From contig JBBRNO010000015.1 in the NCBI GenBank assembly GCA_038230275.1, positions 17,641 to 81,640 on the forward strand: 64,000 nucleotides of DNA, written 5' to 3'. A model generated the notes under the pieces. That model had not been told where the DNA came from. It ran no database searches and saw only the letters and a list, made by a program, of their open reading frames with translations. This document shows, in pieces, positions 48,685 through 58,799 of this stretch. Position numbers and translations under genes: made by a program. Origin of the DNA: Bryobacterales bacterium (GTDB lineage: Bacteria > Acidobacteriota > Terriglobia > Bryobacterales > Bryobacteraceae). Numbering within the stretch: the first letter of the stretch is position 1; each line of letters starts with the position of its first letter.

Positions 48685-49083
48685 ATGAGACTTATGAATC
48701 GTATGATGTCCGTTTTCGCGCTGGGTGCTTTGTTTATTGCCGCCAGCGTCACATTCGCCGCCAGCAACAGTGACGTTCACAGCACCGCCACCTTCCGAGG
48801 GCCGAAGGCCAACACCGGAACCGCGATGCACACCTACGAGAACGGCAAGAGTATACTGCGCGTCTCCGCCGATTTCAAGGTGCCTGACACGCCGGCGCCG
48901 ACGTGGCGCGTGGTGGATTCCAATGGCAACATTTATACGCTGGATGCGTTTAAGATCAAGGGCGGCGAGAAGCGCCAGGTTATGGTGCCGTCTTACATCC
49001 CAAACGTTGTGAAGGTGCAAGTGTACTGTGCGTTTGCGGAAGTGCTGTTGGGCGAGACCAGCTTTTCCTCGCCGGTTAAATAG
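48685..49083 (+). CDS. Small secreted protein, DM13-like
   Basis: Start at the ATG at 48685 (MRLMNRMMSVFALGALFIAASVTFA). The pattern TATFRGPKANTGTAMHTYENGKSILRVSADFKVPDTPAP.WRVV resembles DM13. The assignment is tentative. Confidence 0.55.
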   Translation: MRLMNRMMSVFALGALFIAASVTFAASNSDVHSTATFRGPKANTGTAMHTYENGKSILRVSADFKVPDTPAPTWRVVDSNGNIYTLDAFKIKGGEKRQVMVPSYIPNVVKVQVYCAFAEVLLGETSFSSPVK

Positions 49084-49305
49084 CTGTTCCTTTCTCCCCG
49101 GTGTTTTTCGAAACAAAGCCAATCCGGCTTCCTGCGAAGTCGGCCCTTCATTCCGGTGAACTTTACGAAACAGAGCCAAATCCCGAGACGGAACAACGCC
49201 AATTTGTGACCGTCATCCCGCTACTGGGGTGATGGCACGACTTGCATTATCTTAGCTGGGGTGCGGCGGTACAGAAATTGTGCTGTTTTGTTCGGTTCGG
49301 CAATC

Positions 49306-49340
49306 AATTGGCCGCTGATGCACGCCGATTAACGCGGATG
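49306..49340. repeat. Partial copy of the 58.7-kb REP-like element
   Basis: aattggccgcTgatgcacgc (49306-49325) matches aattggccgcCgatgcacgc (58701-58720) at 19 of 20 positions. It is followed by the same sub-blocks (cgatta, gcggatga) in swapped order. Confidence 0.6.
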
Positions 49341-49373
49341 AAAAAGAACGGAACTGCCTGGTTCCGTTCTTTT
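49341..49373 (-). terminator. Bidirectional rho-independent terminator (best fit for the desaturase gene)
   Basis: A perfect 10-bp stem pairs agaacggaac (49345-49354) with gttccgttct (49361-49370), with a 6-nt loop. A/T runs flank both sides. It lies 26 nt downstream of the desaturase stop. Confidence 0.7.
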
Positions 49374-49398
49374 GGATGAAGTTCTTATTTGACGGCGT

Positions 49399-50253
49399 TC
49401 AGGCTGCGCGCCGTTCGCTGGCGGCTTCCGGGAGTGCCGCTACCTTTACGTTGCGCGCAAAGCCGATCCGTTTCAGGAAGTTGATCTGGATCCAGGTGAT
49501 GTCCAACTCATACCAGGCCAGCCCATGCCGGGCCGAGGTGGGATGGGCGTGATGGTTATTGTGCCAGCCTTCCCCGAAGGTCAGAATGGCAACCCACCAG
49601 TTATTGCGGGATTGATCTTTGGTCTCAAACCGGCGCGCGCCCCACATGTGCGTGGCGGAATTTACCAGCCAGGTCGCGTGCAATCCGACCACTACGCGCA
49701 GGAAGATGCCCCAGTAGACCATCGGCCAGCCGCCAACAGCGAGCAAAATCAGACCTAATATGACTAGCGGCACATAGTGATATTGGTTCAACAGGACGTA
49801 GAACGGATCCTTTCCCAGATCGGGCGCGTAGCGGGCCATGGCCTGCGTATCGTTATGCTTGGCGTCGCCGAACATAATCCAACCCATATGGGCCCAGAAA
49901 CCGCCTTCTGTTGGAGAGTGCGGGTCGCCTTCCTGATCGGAATTTTGATGGTGAACCCGGTGCGTGGCGACCCAAAAAATGGGTCCGCCTTCCAGTGTGA
50001 GGGTGCCGCAGACAGCCAGAAAGTACTCAAAAAAACGGGGCACCTTATAGGAACGGTGGGTGTGCAGGCGATGGTATCCCATCCCTATGCCAAAGCCAAT
50101 CGCGATCCAGTACAGAACCGCCGTGACAGCCAGCCGTGTCCAACTGAAATTGAATAGCGCCGCGATCGCGCCGATGTGAAAGATCACCAGCACAATCGAA
50201 GTTATCCAACTGACTTTGCTGTATCTGTTCGCCTTAACCGTTTTAAGTGCCAC
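49399..50253 (-). CDS. Acyl-CoA/acyl-lipid (delta-9 type) fatty acid desaturase
   Basis: Three histidine boxes: HRLHTHRSY, HRVHHQNSD and GEGWHNNHHAHP. Confidence 0.9.
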   Translation of the reverse strand: MALKTVKANRYSKVSWITSIVLVIFHIGAIAALFNFSWTRLAVTAVLYWIAIGFGIGMGYHRLHTHRSYKVPRFFEYFLAVCGTLTLEGGPIFWVATHRVHHQNSDQEGDPHSPTEGGFWAHMGWIMFGDAKHNDTQAMARYAPDLGKDPFYVLLNQYHYVPLVILGLILLAVGGWPMVYWGIFLRVVVGLHATWLVNSATHMWGARRFETKDQSRNNWWVAILTFGEGWHNNHHAHPTSARHGLAWYELDITWIQINFLKRIGFARNVKVAALPEAASERRAA

Positions 50254-50401
50254 CCAAAACTCCTTAAGATTGCGATGCCGTACCTATCTCTACGACCAGA
50301 CTATCAAGCTATTGACGGTCCATTTGTAAGAGTTATGTAATTGCTTTCGTTGAGAAGCCCCGCAAATGAGGGCGTGCACGGGCACCGATGAGGGTAAGTA
50401 C

Positions 50402-51016
50402 TTACATCCATACGTTTTCCACGGGAACGCCTTGTTTGCAGAGGTCGCAGGAAGCTTTGTCCTTATAGTACAGGCCGTTTAGCTTGGCAAGGTAGTAGAA
50501 CGGTAGCGGCGCGAAGTCCGGGGGGTCCGGTGTCGGTTGGTAGACCATTACTGCCAATCCGACTACTTCGGCGCCCTTGGATTCCACCAGCCGCTTCAAT
50601 TCCGTGAGTTTGTTGCCGGTGCGAAAGATGTCGTCCACCAATAACACTTTCTCGCCTGCCACCTGTTCCAGATATTGCCGGAACCGCATCGGCTGACTTG
50701 GATCTTCGCGTTCGGCCCAATAAACCTGGCGCGCGCGTAGAGCCTCGCACATCCCGTAGGCTACGGGAAGCCCACCCGTGGCCGGCGCCACCACGGATAG
50801 TTCAGGAATGATGGCCCGCAACTCCGCATTGGCACGGATCAACCGGCTTAGGCCCACGCTCAACGTCTTGGCGTGCTGAAAATAGCGCATGGCCAACGCC
50901 ACCGCCAGATATTCTTCCGAATGCAGTCCGTTTGGATAGGCGAAGTGTCCCTTGCGAAGCGCGCCGGTCTGTTTCAGCAATTCCACCACATCTTCCTGCG
51001 ATGGCACCAGGTTCAT
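50402..51016 (-). CDS. Phosphoribosyltransferase (orotate PRTase-like)
   Basis: PRPP-binding loop VLLVDDIFRTGNKL. The N-terminus, GALRKGHFAYPNGLHSEEY, resembles the PyrE-like family. Confidence 0.7.
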   Translation of the reverse strand: MNLVPSQEDVVELLKQTGALRKGHFAYPNGLHSEEYLAVALAMRYFQHAKTLSVGLSRLIRANAELRAIIPELSVVAPATGGLPVAYGMCEALRARQVYWAEREDPSQPMRFRQYLEQVAGEKVLLVDDIFRTGNKLTELKRLVESKGAEVVGLAVMVYQPTPDPPDFAPLPFYYLAKLNGLYYKDKASCDLCKQGVPVENVWM

Positions 51017-52426
51017 TCAGTGAGCTCCTTTGCCCAGCAGTACCTGCGGAATGGTCCGCAGAATGATCTTCCAGTCCAATGCCAGCGACCAGGTGTCGAT
51101 GTACTGCATATCCAACTTCATCCACGTCTCAAAGTCCAGGTTATCGCGCCCGGAGATGGCCCACAAACACGTCAGTCCCGGGCGCATGCGCAAACGGCGG
51201 CGCTGCCAGCGTTTGTAGTGCTCCACTTCCTGCGGAACCGCCGGGCGCGGGCCCACCAGAGCCATATCGCCGCGAATCACGTTCCATAACTGCGGCCACT
51301 CGTCAATCGAAAACTTACGGATGTAGCGGCCCACCTGCGTGAGCCTCGGATCGTCTGGAATCTTGAACGCGGTTTCCTTTTGATTCAAGTGTTGCAGCGA
51401 GGCCTTCATCTCTTCCGCGCCATCGCACATGGAACGGAACTTGTAGAACACGAATCGCCGGCCGTTTAAGCCGCACCGCTCCTGGCGGAAAATGGCGGGG
51501 CCCCGCGAAGTGAGCCGGATCAACATGGCGATGACAAGCATAACCGGCAGCAGCAACAGCAGAGCCGCGGCTGCCAGAATCACATCGATCGCCCGCTTCA
51601 CCAGCAGCCGGACTTCATCATGGGGCGCGGCGGAGAACGTCAACAACGGCGCCGACCCCAGACGGTCCAGATAGATCTCGCTATTGACGTGCGGGAAGAA
51701 ATCTACCGCCACCCGCGTGCGCACGCCTTCCTCATCGCACAGCAAAAAGCACTCTTCCAGGTCGGCCAGACGGTGGCTGTCCACCGCGAAGATGATCTCG
51801 TCGATGACACGCCGGCGCAGCAGTTCGTTCAGGGAAGACAGCGCAAGAACTTCATAGGGCCGACTTAGCTGCACTGGCGGACCCTCCTCATCCGCCAGGA
51901 AGCCTACCAGGCGGATGCCGTATTTCGCCGATTGTTCCAGCGATTCGCCCAGCTTTCTGGCGCGGTCCCCCAAACCCACCACCATCACGTAATGGGGCGA
52001 GGCGAATTCTCTGCGTACCACGCCTATCAGGCTGCCGGCTTTCCAGCGGAAAAGGCACAGGAATATCCAGCTGTAGGCGCCGAACAGCACCAGAAACGCG
52101 CGGCTGAGGTCCAGGCGCAGGAAGTATTCCAGCACCAGCACGGCCACAAATCCCACCGCGCATTGGCGGAAAGTATCGCGAAGGATAATGCGGGGATGGG
52201 CGGAATCCAGCTTGTCATAGACGTCCAGCCAGTAGCCAAGGACCACCCACGCTACTACCGATGCGCCTAGCAGCAGTGCCTTTACAGGTCGTTGCAGGTA
52301 GAAGTCGTGCTCAAGAAACGGAAGTAGACGCCGCGTCTGGTAGGCGGCCTCAAAGGCAAGAGCCGTTACCAATACATCCGATAGACCGAAAAGAAGCCGT
52401 GCTTTCCGATGATGTCTGCTGAACAC
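51017..52426 (-). CDS. Polyprenyl-phosphate glycosyl-1-phosphate transferase (WbaP/EpsB-like sugar transferase)
   Basis: N-terminal TM helices, a central Rossmann-like domain, and a C-terminal motif RPAIFRQERCGLNGRRFVFYKFRSM...DEWPQLWNVIRGDMALVGPRP. Confidence 0.88.
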   Translation of the reverse strand: MFSRHHRKARLLFGLSDVLVTALAFEAAYQTRRLLPFLEHDFYLQRPVKALLLGASVVAWVVLGYWLDVYDKLDSAHPRIILRDTFRQCAVGFVAVLVLEYFLRLDLSRAFLVLFGAYSWIFLCLFRWKAGSLIGVVRREFASPHYVMVVGLGDRARKLGESLEQSAKYGIRLVGFLADEEGPPVQLSRPYEVLALSSLNELLRRRVIDEIIFAVDSHRLADLEECFLLCDEEGVRTRVAVDFFPHVNSEIYLDRLGSAPLLTFSAAPHDEVRLLVKRAIDVILAAAALLLLLPVMLVIAMLIRLTSRGPAIFRQERCGLNGRRFVFYKFRSMCDGAEEMKASLQHLNQKETAFKIPDDPRLTQVGRYIRKFSIDEWPQLWNVIRGDMALVGPRPAVPQEVEHYKRWQRRRLRMRPGLTCLWAISGRDNLDFETWMKLDMQYIDTWSLALDWKIILRTIPQVLLGKGAH

Positions 52427-52951
52427 GTTCCGGTATCAGCATAGCAAGGGAAGTGCCCGTTGCGCCGCTGAAGCTAGCGAAACCACTGTTCTTTGGCGCG
52501 CCTCGGGTCTGCGTTGTCCGGTGTCTGGTGATGGATGCCGCGCACACTATCCAGATGCGAAGCGCAGTCGAAGCCCAGGTCGACGTAGGGTTTGGGATCG
52601 AAATAATCCACTGATTTCAGTGCGGGATTCAAGTTGAGGTTTTGCCGATGTGCTTCTAAATCAAGTACTACGTTCACCGAGTGCAAATGGAACCCGTTTC
52701 GATTCGGCAGTATTTGCCGTCAATCCCGCTGGATGCAAGCAGATGTGGTGCGGAAAGACCCTTTCGGCATCGGCTGCGCGGCTCGGTTTTGGGCCATGAG
52801 GAGTAGACAAGTTCCGCGACGGCTATGCCTTCCTCTGTTGGACCCATTGCGTACAGTCAAACATGCCCTGATTGTCGACAAGTTGCCAGGGTGGTGAAAG
52901 GCGTAACACGGCAACTGAAGGGGCACTCCGATTCATGCGATGCTAACGGCA

Positions 52952-53107
52952 ATGAACAGTTACCGCGCAATCGCTATCGGCGCGATCGGCGCGGTTGGCT
53001 CGGCGCTGGTCCAGGAACTGCTGCAATCCCAAAGTTGCAGCGCAGTGGTGGTGTTGAGCCGCAGACGTATCCCGGAATCCGGCGCGAAGCTGCGACAGTA
53101 TATTTAG
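52952..53107 (+). pseudogene. 51-codon N-terminal fragment of an NAD(P)H-binding (Rossmann) protein
   Basis: My own translation reads MNSYRAIAIGAIGAVGSALVQELLQSQSCSAVVVLSRRRIPESGAKLRQYI*. It has a GxxGxxG dinucleotide fold start but stops after 51 aa. The HEAT-repeat gene begins 15 nt later. Confidence 0.5.
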
Positions 53108-53122
53108 GCGACTCATAGGAGA

Positions 53123-53848
53123 ATGAAAATTCGTCGAAGAGAACGCCGTCGTGCCAGAGCCGTGCAACTCGCGGGCGCGAGAAAGGCTTTGCGGCAACTC
53201 AAAATTGACTCGGAGGAAGCTCTTCTACGCTTTTGCCGGAACAAGCAACAGAGCAGCCACGATAGATACCGGGCTTGTTTTGTCTTAGGCTCGCTTCTCG
53301 GACGACAAGCTGTACCTTTTCTACTGGAACTTGCCGCCGATGAGGAAAGCGGCGTCGTAGTCGGAGCTGTGGATGCTTTAGCAATGATTCGAACCCGGTG
53401 TGCCACACGCCCCCTTATGAGCATACTTAGGAACTCAAAGAATGCATCTCATCGTCAGGCGGCGATTGTTGGATTAGGAATGCTCGAAGATACACGAGCG
53501 GAGCGTCTAGTCTCTCGTGCGCTATTAACGGAGACTTGTGCCCAAACTAAAGTGTACGCCGCTGGGGCGCTCGGGGGGGTAAATCAAGGCCGCCGATTTC
53601 GGGGCCGCGAAACGGTTAAGGCATTGATGCATGCACTGCCAGATCCGTCGCCTTCGGTCAGGTGGGAAGTGCTCAATGTCTTAGGTGGGATTCGCGATTT
53701 GAAGCGGGAAGAGCTGGACGAAATACGAAAGTATCTATCCGACGAAGCAACAGTTCCAGGTCTTCTGCCTGCCGAAGAGGCTGGAGTCGGCTTTGCGGCC
53801 CAAAGGGCACTCAACAGTTGGACCGGAAAACATCGCAGGCCGGCCTAG
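53123..53848 (+). CDS. HEAT-repeat (PBS-lyase-like) protein
   Basis: 241 aa. Repeated A..aLg.l......pL...L.d helices, for example SVRWEVLNVLGGI. SD aggaga precedes the ATG. GC is lower (line 53401-53460 gives 30/60). Confidence 0.65.
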   Translation: MKIRRRERRRARAVQLAGARKALRQLKIDSEEALLRFCRNKQQSSHDRYRACFVLGSLLGRQAVPFLLELAADEESGVVVGAVDALAMIRTRCATRPLMSILRNSKNASHRQAAIVGLGMLEDTRAERLVSRALLTETCAQTKVYAAGALGGVNQGRRFRGRETVKALMHALPDPSPSVRWEVLNVLGGIRDLKREELDEIRKYLSDEATVPGLLPAEEAGVGFAAQRALNSWTGKHRRPA

Positions 53849-53901
53849 AATGAGTGTTTACTCATGGGACCAACATGAACTGGCTTGGGCATACCCGCGA
53901 G

Positions 53902-55053
53902 CTAAATCGCGCTCAACTGTGCCAGCGTGACCTGGCTGGATAAATCCAGATTGGACCCCGGACTGGTGGCCAGGTAAATTCCCGCGTTCCGGACGTCGAT
54001 CAACTCGTGCTCGATGTAGTGGAACGGCGCGATCGGCTCGCCTTGCAACAGCCGCAGCACCAGGCTGATTAACCCGCGGCCATAGCGCTCCGGGAAGAAT
54101 GCCACCGTTCCGATGAACGGCGATCCCGGTCGCACCACTTCGCGAACCGCATCCGCTTCTCCGTCGTGGCCCACCACCGCGGAACCGAGCGCTAATCCTG
54201 CCTGCCGTAGAGCGTCCACTGCCCCCAGTGCACTTTCGTCGCTGGCGGCTGCCACCAGAATGCGGCGCAAATGCGGACGGTCCCGCAGAATGGCTTCGGT
54301 GATGGCGCGCGAGGCCTCCCGAATGCCTCTGCCGTCCACACGGACAACGCGGTCCGCGGGAAATGGCCCGGCGGTGCTTTCCAGGCCACGCAAGACTCCG
54401 GTCATCCGCGATTGCGTCGCCATCCCGCCTTGCGGAATGTCGAGCAACAGCAGCAGTTCCGCCGGATCCTGCCAGCGTGTTTTGGCAAATTCAGCCAGGG
54501 CCACGCCGGCCGTCCAACCGGCGCGGTAGTTATCGGCGCCAAAATAAACCGCGCCCGGTTGCGGAATGTGGACGGCGATGGTGGGGATGCCGGCGGTGGC
54601 AAAGATGTCGGCTATGACGGGCGCAGCGTCTTCATGGCGCTGAAATTCAATGGCGACATCCACCCCTTCGGCTACCAGATCCTGGGCATTTTCGATGGCA
54701 ATTCTGGGGTCGCGCTGATTGTCTTTGACGATCAGTTCCATTCCCGCCGCGGTGGCGGCCACGCGCAGACTCTGGGAGATGGTAACCGCGAACGGCAATT
54801 CGCCACTGAGAGTGCCGAATCCCAGTCTGATCTTGCGCCGCACCGGACTTAAGCGATATTTCTTACCGGTCTGTGTCAGATAGCGGCGATGGACCAAGGA
54901 ATAGAGAATTCGGAAGGCGGTGGTATGCGCGACACCAGTGCGCGTGCGGATTTGTTCCAGCGTGAGTTCGTCCTGTGGCGTGCGGAAGGCTTCCAAAACA
55001 TCCAGCGTCCGGGAAGCGATCGGCACGTAGTACTTCCCAAATTTCGTGGTCAC
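53902..55053 (-). CDS. Transcriptional regulator: IclR-type wHTH fused to a periplasmic-binding-protein-like sugar-binding domain
   Basis: The N-terminus has RTLDVLEAF....LTLEQIRTRTGVAHTTAFRILYSL. The remainder has the PBP type-I layout. Confidence 0.7.
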   Translation of the reverse strand: MTTKFGKYYVPIASRTLDVLEAFRTPQDELTLEQIRTRTGVAHTTAFRILYSLVHRRYLTQTGKKYRLSPVRRKIRLGFGTLSGELPFAVTISQSLRVAATAAGMELIVKDNQRDPRIAIENAQDLVAEGVDVAIEFQRHEDAAPVIADIFATAGIPTIAVHIPQPGAVYFGADNYRAGWTAGVALAEFAKTRWQDPAELLLLLDIPQGGMATQSRMTGVLRGLESTAGPFPADRVVRVDGRGIREASRAITEAILRDRPHLRRILVAAASDESALGAVDALRQAGLALGSAVVGHDGEADAVREVVRPGSPFIGTVAFFPERYGRGLISLVLRLLQGEPIAPFHYIEHELIDVRNAGIYLATSPGSNLDLSSQVTLAQLSAI

Positions 55054-55134
55054 TTGAGTTTCCCGCCGCTTGTCATAGGATCACTAAAAGCGAAGAAAGA
55101 ACAAAATTCAATAGAGAACTTCGCGTTTTGGAAT

Positions 55135-55554
55135 TTACTCTCCGACAAAATGCAGCGCGAGGCTTCGCCGTGCGGGCATTGCGCGATGTTCGAATACGTA
55201 CAATCCCTGCCAGATGCCTAACGCCATTTTTCCGTCCATCACTGGAATGGAAAGGTGCACCTGCGTCAACGCGGCGCGGATGTGGGCGGGCATGTCGTCG
55301 GGACCTTCCGCGGTGTGGCGGTATAAACGGTTATCCTCAGGCGCGAGACGGCTGAAGAAATCGTTCAGGTCCAGGATCACGTCGGGGTCGGCGTTCTCCT
55401 GAATGGTGAGCGAGGCCGAGGTGTGCTGAATGAAAATGGTTAGCAGTCCGGTCGAAACCGAGAGGCCATGGAGCCATCTGGAAACTTCGCGCGTGAAATC
55501 GTAGAGGCCCTTGCCGCGGGTCGAAATGGCCAGCGAGTGGGTGAATTGCCTCAT
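55135..55554 (-). CDS. yjbQ: YjbQ/UPF0047 family (secondary thiamine-phosphate synthase) protein
   Basis: ISTRGKGLYDFTREV ... FIQHTSASLTIQENADPDV ... HIRAAL. Confidence 0.88.
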   Translation of the reverse strand: MRQFTHSLAISTRGKGLYDFTREVSRWLHGLSVSTGLLTIFIQHTSASLTIQENADPDVILDLNDFFSRLAPEDNRLYRHTAEGPDDMPAHIRAALTQVHLSIPVMDGKMALGIWQGLYVFEHRAMPARRSLALHFVGE

Positions 55555-55583
55555 GGATTTCGACAGCTACTATTCCACCGTGA

Positions 55584-57434
<1,851 letters not shown>

Positions 57435-57467
57435 AGTCTACCCTCCCAGTGCTCAGCCTCTGAATTG

Positions 57468-57713
57468 TCAGTCAATAAATACTACCTGGTAATCCTCAAT
57501 GACGGGATTGGCCAGTACATCCCTTGCAATTTGTTCAATCTCGGCTGCCGCGCCTGCCGGGTCTGTACCCGGCGCCAGGGAAATCTCGAAATACTTGCCT
57601 TGACGGACGCTGGCAATAGAGGTGTGGCCTAGTCCGGCCAGTGCACCACGGATAGTCTGCCCTTGGGGGTCGAGGACGGTCGGCTTAAGAGATACGTAGA
57701 CGCGAGCTTTCAT
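57468..57713 (-). CDS. purS: Phosphoribosylformylglycinamidine synthase subunit PurS
   Basis: MKARVYVSLKPTVLDPQGQTIRGAL..LG. An alternative start lies at 57725. Confidence 0.9.
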   Translation of the reverse strand: MKARVYVSLKPTVLDPQGQTIRGALAGLGHTSIASVRQGKYFEISLAPGTDPAGAAAEIEQIARDVLANPVIEDYQVVFID

Positions 57714-57784
57714 GGGATTCCCCATTGTAAACCGGGCTTCTGCTTTGTGCGAGATAACATTTCCCTGTTGTTTTGTTCCGGGGC

Positions 57785-58636
57785 ATGATACAAGAGATAC
57801 AAGGCAAGATTAAACAAGAAATACAAGGCAAGATCGGGGAAGTTGGAGCCGCCGGAGGGATCATCGTAAAAATCTGTGTGCTGGCGAGCAGCAGCTCGGG
57901 CAATTCCACGTTCATCGGGACCGAGAACACTCGCATTCTTATCGACGCGGGTTTGAGCAAGCGGGAGATTTTTGCACGACTGGCCGCCATAGGCGAGTCG
58001 CCCAAGGATCTGGATGCGGTAGTGATTTCGCACGAACATAGCGACCACGTCTGCGGCCTGATTCCGATTCTGCGCGAACTGGAAATCCCGGTCTATCTGA
58101 GTACGCTTACCGCTCCCGCCATCGCCTGGGGCGAATTCGACCGCAAGAAGCTGGAGACATTTCAAGCCGGCGAGCGGATTTCGATTGGCGAAATGGAGAT
58201 CGACACCTTCACCATTCCTCACGACGCCATCGACCCGGTCGCGTTTTGTGTTCGCACCCATGGCGTTAAGATCGGCATCGTAACCGATTTAGGTTATATC
58301 CCGGAGTCGATTCAAGTGCATTTGCGTGGCGTGAATTTCCTGCTGCTGGAATCGAATCACGATCTGGAGATGCTGAAAGTGGGTCCCTATCCGTGGTCCG
58401 TCAAGCAGCGGGTGATGGGACGGAAGGGCCATTTGTCGAACGATGCCGTCTCCGATTACATCTGCGACGGCATGGATTCGAGCGTGGATACGTTAGTGCT
58501 AGGCCATTTGAGCCCACACAACAATTACCCCGCCACGGTGGAATTGGTGGCTTCCCAGGCGCTGGCACAACGGTCGTTATGCACGCGGCTGGTGGTTTCG
58601 GAACCCAAGCAACAGTCGGCGGTATTCGCTTATTAG
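57785..58636 (+). CDS. MBL-fold metallo-hydrolase
   Basis: ILIDAGLS ... ISHEHSDHVCG. The ATG at 57785 gives an N-terminal extension containing an in-frame 24-nt tandem repeat. Confidence 0.8.
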   Translation: MIQEIQGKIKQEIQGKIGEVGAAGGIIVKICVLASSSSGNSTFIGTENTRILIDAGLSKREIFARLAAIGESPKDLDAVVISHEHSDHVCGLIPILRELEIPVYLSTLTAPAIAWGEFDRKKLETFQAGERISIGEMEIDTFTIPHDAIDPVAFCVRTHGVKIGIVTDLGYIPESIQVHLRGVNFLLLESNHDLEMLKVGPYPWSVKQRVMGRKGHLSNDAVSDYICDGMDSSVDTLVLGHLSPHNNYPATVELVASQALAQRSLCTRLVVSEPKQQSAVFAY

Positions 58637-58670
58637 CTTGCTCTTATTAGCTTGCCGTGGGGTTTGATCC

Positions 58671-58730
58671 GCGTTCATCCGCGTGCATCGGCGGCTAAAG
58701 AATTGGCCGCCGATGCACGCGGATGAACGC
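58671..58730. repeat. REP-like perfect palindrome (25-bp arms, 10-nt spacer)
   Basis: gcgttcatccgcgtgcatcggcggc (58671-58695) is the exact reverse complement of gccgccgatgcacgcggatgaacgc (58706-58730). Confidence 0.85.
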
Positions 58731-58799
58731 CGATTATAGGTTCTGTCCAGCTATTTTCCCGGACGCTGCGCTAAATCACACTGATAGACTGGAACTACA

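Noticed and set aside
52474-52686. 70-aa minus-strand ORF upstream of the sugar transferase
   Set aside because: It has no recognisable motif, no obvious SD, and is isolated in a stretch that looks like degraded DNA. It may be a gene fragment, but I cannot support a call.
57435-57467. glmS ribozyme upstream of glmS
   Set aside because: Only 33 nt separate glmS from the purS stop, which is too short for the ribozyme. The genes appear co-transcribed.
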